From Gammaproteobacteria bacterium (lineage in GTDB: Bacteria; Pseudomonadota; Gammaproteobacteria; S144-34): a stretch of 64,000 nt of DNA. The position numbers were made by a program, and so were the translations under genes. The stretch is taken from the NCBI GenBank assembly GCA_026989495.1, contig JALSJE010000054.1, forward strand, positions 5,271-69,270, in the 5' to 3' direction. The notes below the pieces were generated by a model. The model had not been told where the DNA came from and did not search any database. It worked only from the letters and a program-made list of their open reading frames with translations. Of the stretch, positions 58,600-64,000 are shown piece after piece; the stretch's first letter is position 1; each line of letters starts with the position of its first letter.

Positions 58600-59677
58600 G
58601 GGTCGCCTCCTTCTCCCTCAGGGGCAGGCGCAGGGTCACCTGGTACCACCCCGCGCGCTCCTCCACCTCCACCCGGCCCCGCTCGCCGTAGGCGAGCGCG
58701 AGCCGCTGGGCCACGTTGGCGAGCGCGAGCCGATGGCCCGTGCGCCGCCGCGGCGTCTCGCCCGCGGGCACCGGGTTGATCACCCGCAGGCAGAGCATCC
58801 CTTCGGCGTCGCGGTGGGCCTCGATGCGCACCAGCCCACCCTCGGGCAGGGGCTCGATGCCATGGTAGATGGCGTTCTCCACCAGGGGCTGGAGCAGCAG
58901 CAGCGGCACCTCCGCGCGCGGCGGGGCCCCCTCCACCGCCCACGCCACCTCCAGGCGCGGGCCCAGGCGCAGGCGCTCGATGCTCAGATAGCGCCGCACC
59001 AGCTCGAGCTCGTCGGCGAGCGTGCCCGTGCCGCCCTCGCGGCCGAGCGCGGCGCGGAAGAGGTCGGCCAGGTCCTCGACCGCCTGCTCGGCGCGCTCGG
59101 GGTCGGTGCGGGTCAGCGCCGCAATGGTGTTCATGCTGTTGAACAGGAAATGCGGGCGGATGCGGGCCTGGAGGGCCTGCACGCGGGCGTCGGCCTCGGC
59201 CTCCAGGTTCTGCTTCCACTGGTGCTGCACATAGAGGTAGCGGAAGGCCACCGCCCCCACCAGGGCCGCCATGGCCAGGTTGCGCAGCAGGAAGGCGCCG
59301 TGCCCGAGCCCCCCGAGCGGCAGCGCCAGCGGCTCCAGGTGGGCGCCCCACCAGGCCGCCTCGCTCACGGCGGCGGTCACCGCGAGCAGGATGCCGTATC
59401 CGGCCCAGGCCGCCGGCGCGTTTCCCAGCCGGCACAGCCAGGGGCGGGCCAGGCACAGCGCCCCCAGGGAGACCAGCGCCGTCCACTGGATGAAGAGCGA
59501 GATCAGGCTCAGCTCGCTCCAGAAGCCGGTGCCGGTGGCCCCGCGGGCGAGCGTGAGCAGGAAGGCGAGCAGCTCGCCGATGACCACCACGGCGAAGACC
59601 ATGCGCACGCCGCAGAAGTCCGGCAGGAAAGGCCGCTCGCAGCGGCCCGCCTCCACACCCCTGGCGGCCCCGTCCAT
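58547..59677 (-). CDS. algZ: LytS/AlgZ(FimS)-type sensor histidine kinase
   Basis: ORF 58547..59866(-) trimmed to the ATG at 59677. Has about four TM segments, then RPHFLFNSMNTIAAL (His_kinase PF06580-type H-box) and LVENAIYHG. The 3' end overlaps algR by 53 nt. Confidence 0.85.
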   Translation of the reverse strand: MDGAARGVEAGRCERPFLPDFCGVRMVFAVVVIGELLAFLLTLARGATGTGFWSELSLISLFIQWTALVSLGALCLARPWLCRLGNAPAAWAGYGILLAVTAAVSEAAWWGAHLEPLALPLGGLGHGAFLLRNLAMAALVGAVAFRYLYVQHQWKQNLEAEADARVQALQARIRPHFLFNSMNTIAALTRTDPERAEQAVEDLADLFRAALGREGGTGTLADELELVRRYLSIERLRLGPRLEVAWAVEGAPPRAEVPLLLLQPLVENAIYHGIEPLPEGGLVRIEAHRDAEGMLCLRVINPVPAGETPRRRTGHRLALANVAQRLALAYGERGRVEVEERAGWYQVTLRLPLREKEATHAGADRGRRGAGARPAA

Positions 59678-59815
59678 GCCCCAAGTTTCGTAGGCGCCGC
59701 CGCCACTTGCAAGCACGCCCCCTGACCCCCGGATAAGTTTTGCCCGAGGCGACGAAAGGTCCTGCCCCGTCAAGTGGTGTAGAAATGCCTCGACACCGTG
59801 GTCCGTCCCGATCCT

Positions 59816-60030
59816 CTCAACTGCTGGCGGCGAGTGCGGCCTGGACGGGCTCATCGGCCCCGTCACGGCCGATGACCTGTGCCAGCGTCTCCAGCGCCCG
59901 ATCCCGGTAGCCGTTGCGCCACGTCACCCGCCCCGGGCTGCGCTCGTGACGCCCTCACCGACCTGCGCCTCGACCTCCAGCTCCATCAGCCGCTGGAGCA
60001 AAAACTCAGCGGCCTCCCGCAGCAGATCCG
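59816..60030 (-). pseudogene. IS256-family (mutator-type) transposase fragment, frameshifted and truncated at both ends
   Basis: My own minus-strand translation gives DLLREAAEFLLQRLMELEVEAQVGEG, then a frame shift, then HERSPGRVTWRNGYRDRALETLAQV. This matches the conserved N-terminal region of IS256 transposases (..L.ELMEAEV...G....ER...R...RNGYR.R). No start codon or catalytic region is present. Confidence 0.55.
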
Positions 60031-60050
60031 AGGACCACGGTGACCTCCTT

Positions 60051-61019
60051 TTAGAACCCTTCTACACCACGCCCAGGGACACTAACGAGCTGGTCGGGAC
60101 CCGTGACGACCTGCTAGCCGATGCGGTGGTTCTTGGCGTGGTTCCAGACCTGTTCGACTGGATTGATCTCGGGCGAATAGGGCGGCAGGAAGTGAAGCTC
60201 CAGGCGGCCCTGCGTGCGCTCGATGAACTTCCTGACCGCCCGGCTGCGATGGACCGGATGACCGTCCACGATGAGGAAGATCGGGCGCTGCTCGTCATGC
60301 AGCAGACGCTTGAGGAACTCGATGAAGCGCTGCGCGTTCAGCGTCTTCTCGTAGAGCATGAAGCGGAACTCGCCCTGCGGGCTGATGGCGCCGATGACGT
60401 TGAGCGCAAAGCGCGCACCGGTGGCACGGACCTCGGGGGTCTTGCCCTTCGGCGCCCAGGTGGTGCCTGCGTGATGGTCGGACCGGACGGCGGATTCGTC
60501 CAGGAAATAGATGACCCCCTGGCGCTGCCTCGCCCGGCGCCGGATCTCCGGATAGACCTCCGCCTTCCAGCGGGCCACCGCCTCGGCATCCTGCTGCCAG
60601 GCCCGCCACAGGGGCCGCTGCGGCGACAGCCCGAGCTGACGCAGCAGCCGCGCCACGCTCCAGCGGCTGAGCCGGATCCCGAGCTCGCGGTGGATGAGCT
60701 GGGCGACCAGCTTGAGCGTCCACAGCGCGAAGGGAAACTTCCACTGCGTGGGCGGGTCCCGCGTCAGGGTGCGATAGAGCCATGCGATGGCCTTGGCATC
60801 GAGCTTCGGTCTCCGCCCCCCGCGCTTGCCGGCATCCAGGGCGTCCCAGCCACCGGCACGGTACAGGGCCAGCCAATGAAACAGGGCCGTGCGCGAGACC
60901 CCCATGCTGCGCACCACATCCATGACGGGCACGCCTGCCTGCACTTGGGCGACGGCCTGGCGTCTGAACTGGGTGAGTTCCTGATGGGTCAGCCTGCGAA
61001 GATCGGTTTTCTTGGCCAT
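60051..61019 (-). pseudogene. IS630-family transposase, GC-rich degraded copy (in-frame TAG at 60114..60116; no terminal inverted repeats found)
   Basis: ORF 60114..61019(-), 301 aa, aligns along its length with the intact copy at 61223..62257 (HTH, ...FLDESAVRSD..., ..FLIVDGHPVHRS..., LPPYSPEINPVE). The homologous tail continues after the TAG (QVVTGPDQLVSV...) to the TAA at 60051. Confidence 0.65.
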
Positions 61020-61057
61020 GCGGCTAGTCTAGCGCAGTCCTGACAATTTTGCACATA

Positions 61058-61162
61058 TTAGTAATCCCTTCTTCATCAGGGTCGGGTGTTCTCGCCGTGC
61101 GCGGCGGAGGTTCGAGGAGGGGCTGGTCTTAATCCCTTCTTCATCAGGGTCGGGTGTTCTCG
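61058..61162 (-). CRISPR. two-repeat CRISPR-like remnant (33-nt identical core, up to 37 nt; 31-35-nt spacer)
   Basis: taatcccttcttcatcagggtcgggtgttctcg occurs identically at 61062..61094 and 61130..61162, a period of 68 nt. Read on the minus strand the full unit is CGAGAACACCCGACCCTGATGAAGAAGGGATTAAGAC. There are no cas genes in the window, and only two units are present. Confidence 0.4.
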
Positions 61163-61199
61163 ACAGCCTTTGCAAAGGCTCCCGCGATAGTTGCAGTCT

Positions 61200-62307
61200 T
61201 ATTAACCGTCTCAAAATAGTCCTTACGCAGCTGCGTATTCAGTGGTCGGTGCCTTGAAATACGATCGTACTCTTTCGGGCGTTTTCTGAATGAAACGAAG
61301 ATATGAAATCACCTCCCGCTTCAGCTGCTCGATGCTGGCAATGGCCTTTCGCCCCAAGGAGTTGTTCTTGAGATCGTTCCACACGAACTCGTCAGGATTG
61401 AGCTCCGGAGAGTACGGCGGCAGGAAAAACAGCTCCAGGCGATCCCTGACGGTTTCCAAGAACTTGCCCACCTTCTTCGCCTTGTGGCTGGGATGCCCGT
61501 CGACGATCAGGAACACCTTGCGGTCCGTGCTCTTGATCATCCGCTTCAGGAAATCGATGAAAACCCCGGCATTCACCCGCCCCTTGACGCACATGAAACG
61601 GAAATTCCCCTGCGGGTTGACCGCAGAGATGATGTTCAGCCCAAAGCGCGCCCCCGTGCTGGAAACGATCGGCGTTTTGCCCTTGGGTGACCAGGTGGTG
61701 CCGGCATGGGCATCGGATCGAATCCCGGCCTCGTCGGCAAACCAGATTTCCGCGTTCTCCCGCTTCGCCCGCGCACGTATGGCCGGATATTCGTTTCGCA
61801 TCCAATGCTCGACATGCTCCGGAGATCGCTGATATGCACGCCACAGCGGCCTCTGCGCCGACAGCCCGAGCTGCTTGAGAAGGCGGCAGACCGAAGCCTT
61901 GCTCAAACTTACGCCAAGATGCTCCTCAATCAGTTCCTTGACCAGCTTGCTCGTCCAGAGAACGAACGGAAACCTGTATTGATCCGGCGTCTTCCGCGTG
62001 ATCGCCTCATACAGCCACTTCATCGCCTTGGCATCCAGCTTGGGCTTGCGGCCACCACGCTTCCTGGCATCGAGCGCATCCCATCCACCGCCACGATAAA
62101 GGGCCAGCCAGTTGTAGACCGTAACACGGGAAACGCCCAGGATCCGGGCCACGTCTTCAGGCGATTCTCCATTCTGAACCGCCATGACACCCCGCTTGCG
62201 AAGCTCCGTAAGCTCCTTATGACTTAGCTTGCGTGCATCCGTCGTGTTCATGCGCACATTCTACAACAGATGCAATCAATGTTCAAATAATTATGAGACG
62301 GTTAATA
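61200..62307 (-). mobile_element. intact IS630-family insertion sequence with terminal inverted repeats and TA target duplication
   Basis: The left end TAttaaccgtctca (61200..) and the right end tgagacggttaaTA (..62307) are 14-bp perfect inverted repeats including the flanking TA. About 1.1 kb with a single transposase ORF. AT-richer than the chromosome. Confidence 0.85.
61223..62257 (-). CDS. IS630-family transposase
   Basis: ORF 61223..62257(-), 344 aa. Has an N-terminal HTH (VARILGVSRVTVYNWL), then DDE-type blocks WFADEAGIRSD, FLIVDGHPSHK and PPYSPELNPDE. Confidence 0.9.
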   Translation of the reverse strand: MRMNTTDARKLSHKELTELRKRGVMAVQNGESPEDVARILGVSRVTVYNWLALYRGGGWDALDARKRGGRKPKLDAKAMKWLYEAITRKTPDQYRFPFVLWTSKLVKELIEEHLGVSLSKASVCRLLKQLGLSAQRPLWRAYQRSPEHVEHWMRNEYPAIRARAKRENAEIWFADEAGIRSDAHAGTTWSPKGKTPIVSSTGARFGLNIISAVNPQGNFRFMCVKGRVNAGVFIDFLKRMIKSTDRKVFLIVDGHPSHKAKKVGKFLETVRDRLELFFLPPYSPELNPDEFVWNDLKNNSLGRKAIASIEQLKREVISYLRFIQKTPERVRSYFKAPTTEYAAA

Positions 62308-63093
62308 TGTGATATCTTTCTGCATAGCCGCGCCTATCAAACCCTCCTTTTGTGCCCGGTTTGGATAATTGATAAGGACAGCTCGAAAAGCGCCTTTGAA
62401 AACAAAGAGGCTTCCGGCTGCTGCTCCAATAATGCCGAAGGTCTTAATCAATGTCTCTATATCACCTAACGAACCCGCTCCACCCAGTGCCGTCACCGGC
62501 ACAGAGACTGCCTCCGTCACAGAACGGATCAGCTCCATGTCATACCCATTCATCATGCCGTCATTGTCGATGGAGTTTACGACTATCTCTCCCGCGCCCA
62601 GCTCTTGGGCTCTTCCGGCGAGTTCGCTCGGCCCGATCCCTGTCGCCTTGCTTCCATTGTGCGTCCATACTTCATATCGTCCTTGCCTGGACCTACGTTT
62701 CACATCCATGGCCACCACAACGCTTTGTGAGCCGACAGCGCCTGCAGCCTTACTTATGAGCAATGAGTCCTCAATGACTGCCGCGCTTATGGCGACCTTC
62801 TCGACACCGAGGCCGACAATCCGCTCAACCTGCTCGACGGTTCTTACGCCACCTCCATAGCATAACGGCATACGACATTCGCCCGCCAGCTTCTTAATTA
62901 GCTCATAATCCGGCTCCCTTCCTTGAACTGTCGCGTCGATATCCAAGACAATTAGCTCATCAACTTCTTTCTCGTTAAAGATCCTCACAGCATTGATGGG
63001 GTCCCCAACATACCTAGGGTTGCCAAACTGGACAGTTTTGTAAAGTCCACCTTTATGGACAAGAAGGCAGGGAATGATCCGAGGCCTTAACAT
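62302..63093 (-). CDS. imidazole glycerol phosphate synthase cyclase subunit homolog of the polysaccharide-cluster type (HisF/WbuZ-like)
   Basis: ORF 62302..63093(-). Reads MLRPRIIPCLLVHKGGLYKTVQFGNPRYVGDPINAVRIFNEKEVDELIVLDI...GGGVRT...GAGEIVVNSIDNDGMMNGYD. AT-rich. Its stop codon lies inside the IS630 end. Confidence 0.85.
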   Translation of the reverse strand: MLRPRIIPCLLVHKGGLYKTVQFGNPRYVGDPINAVRIFNEKEVDELIVLDIDATVQGREPDYELIKKLAGECRMPLCYGGGVRTVEQVERIVGLGVEKVAISAAVIEDSLLISKAAGAVGSQSVVVAMDVKRRSRQGRYEVWTHNGSKATGIGPSELAGRAQELGAGEIVVNSIDNDGMMNGYDMELIRSVTEAVSVPVTALGGAGSLGDIETLIKTFGIIGAAAGSLFVFKGAFRAVLINYPNRAQKEGLIGAAMQKDITY

Positions 63094-63731
63094 TGCCGGA
63101 CTTCAGCAAAGTTCTTCAGGATCTGGATACCACACCCATGGCTCTTTTCCGGATGGAACTGTACGCCGTAAATATTCTTGGACCTAATAGCGGAGGCGAA
63201 CGGACCTCCATAATCTGTAACGGCTAGCACAGCCTCATTATCATCAGGCGCGAAATAGTACGAATGCAGAAAGTAACAGCGAATTAGGTTATCTAGCCCC
63301 GCAAATAACCTGTCCTGTTTACAGGGGACGATATCATTCCATCCCATATGAGGGAGCGGGAGCCGTCGATACACCGCCTCATTCGCCCCTGGCCTCACCT
63401 TCTCATTAAATGAACGCACCTCCCCACCAATCCATCCGAGCCCCTCCAGTTTCCCCTCTTGACTGCCCTCCGCCATCACCTGCATGCCGACGCAAACACC
63501 TAAGACAGGAATACACTTTTTCAAAACGAGCAAATCCAGAACCTTCCTAAACCCAGAGGCCTCCAGCCGCCTCATCGCGGAATCGAACGACCCGACCCCA
63601 GGCAGGATAATCTTACCCACCTTGCGCAGATCATCCGGCGAAGAGACAACGGCACATTCAATATTCAGTCTCTTATAGATATTACTAAACGCCCGGACAT
63701 TTCCGAGCCCGTAATCGACGATTCCAATCAT
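63087..63731 (-). CDS. glutamine amidotransferase subunit homolog (HisH/WbuY-like)
   Basis: ORF 63087..63731(-). Reads MIGIVDYGLGNVRAFSNIYKRL...ILPGVGSFDSAM...GVCVGMQVM...VQFHPEKS (class I GATase Cys-His-Glu triad context). Confidence 0.88.
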   Translation of the reverse strand: MIGIVDYGLGNVRAFSNIYKRLNIECAVVSSPDDLRKVGKIILPGVGSFDSAMRRLEASGFRKVLDLLVLKKCIPVLGVCVGMQVMAEGSQEGKLEGLGWIGGEVRSFNEKVRPGANEAVYRRLPLPHMGWNDIVPCKQDRLFAGLDNLIRCYFLHSYYFAPDDNEAVLAVTDYGGPFASAIRSKNIYGVQFHPEKSHGCGIQILKNFAEVRQC

Positions 63732-63831
63732 AACACGACAATCCTCCCGGCCTATCCTCCAAAGCCCTTCTCCACTTGTTCATCCAATGCTCATTATCTT
63801 CCACCCGTGTCGCTATATATAGCGCGTTCGC

Positions 63832-63999
63832 CTACCTCTTCCCTCCTAGCTCAAGACCTAAGCCTCTCATTATCCATGATCCAATGGAATACATCCATGC
63901 CCGGTTCTTGTAGTCCCGATAAGTCCTGTTTGGCGCATCAAGATATCCTTGCAGCTCGTCGACAGAGATATTAAGTTTACCTGCCACATATTCGATCTC
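63832..63999 (-). CDS. 3' end of an N-acetyl-sugar amidotransferase-like LPS biosynthesis gene (WbuX/WbpG-like), partial
   Basis: My own minus-strand translation gives EIEYVAGKLNISVDELQGYLDAPNRTYRDYKNRAWMYSIGSWIMRGLGLELGGKR* (stop at 63832..63834). This C-terminal pattern and the downstream hisH/hisF pair fit the WbuX-WbuY-WbuZ arrangement. Only 55 codons are visible. Confidence 0.5.
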   Translation of the reverse strand, partial: EIEYVAGKLNISVDELQGYLDAPNRTYRDYKNRAWMYSIGSWIMRGLGLELGGKR

Positions 64000-64000
64000 A

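Noticed and set aside
61196-61201. A third CRISPR repeat unit beginning gtctta.
   Set aside because: Only 6 nt match. The sequence beyond the IS (tgtgatatctttctgcat…) does not continue the repeat. The hexamer is also explained as the complement of the hisF-like stop context (TAAGAC). It is kept as a caveat in the CRISPR finding and not counted as a repeat.
63811-63824. A perfect 14-bp palindrome, cgctatatatagcg, as an operator or terminator.
   Set aside because: It is a single occurrence, AT-rich, and short. On its own it cannot be distinguished from chance or a weak hairpin. It is mentioned within the polysaccharide-module finding only.

Overview
This is about 64 kb of a very GC-rich Gram-negative chromosome. 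It looks gammaproteobacterial, because the gene order parallels the Pseudomonas and E. coli core operons. All product calls come from motif and synteny recognition by eye; no searches were run.

Positions 1 to about 59.7 kb are densely packed housekeeping genes, many of them translationally coupled through ATGA or GTGA overlaps:
- pth-rplY-prs-tRNA-Gln-ispE-lolB-TPR lipoprotein (minus strand), facing hemA-prfA-prmC-[Cys-rich ORF]-moeB-JAMM (plus strand)
- hslO, an orphan CsgG-like gene, and gatCAB
- mreBCD-mrdA-rodA-mltB-rlpA-dacA-dat-ybeD-lipB-lipA-ydcF
- two divergent unknown secreted proteins
- a murU-hyp-GCS2 ligase-AstE/M14-like operon
- amgK facing lptD-surA-pdxA-rsmA, then a ~3 kb insertion (two tandem small secreted paralogs, a small ORF, pgl, glk) before apaG-apaH
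- a PagL-like gene, folA-thyA-lgt-rlmI, and a ferredoxin/flavin reductase
- hemY-hemX-hemD-hemC, a thioredoxin-like gene, and algR-algZ

From about 59.7 kb onward the DNA is accessory:
- an IS256 transposase fragment
- a degraded GC-rich IS630 copy
- a two-repeat CRISPR-like remnant
- an intact, AT-richer IS630 with inverted repeats and a TA duplication, sitting on the stop codon of a hisF-like gene
- AT-rich LPS/O-antigen amidotransferase genes (wbuX-like, hisH-like, hisF-like)

I did not find a complete, demonstrably novel multi-gene system. The best leads are:
- a ~155-nt multi-hairpin intergenic element present in two colinear copies with compensatory stem changes
- the tightly coupled murU-hyp-GCS2-M14 operon, a possible cell-wall recycling extension
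- tandem small secreted paralogs with a C-terminal motif resembling an outer-membrane-protein beta-signal
- the IS-eroded CRISPR-like remnant
- a MoeB-JAMM pair with no adjacent sulfur carrier
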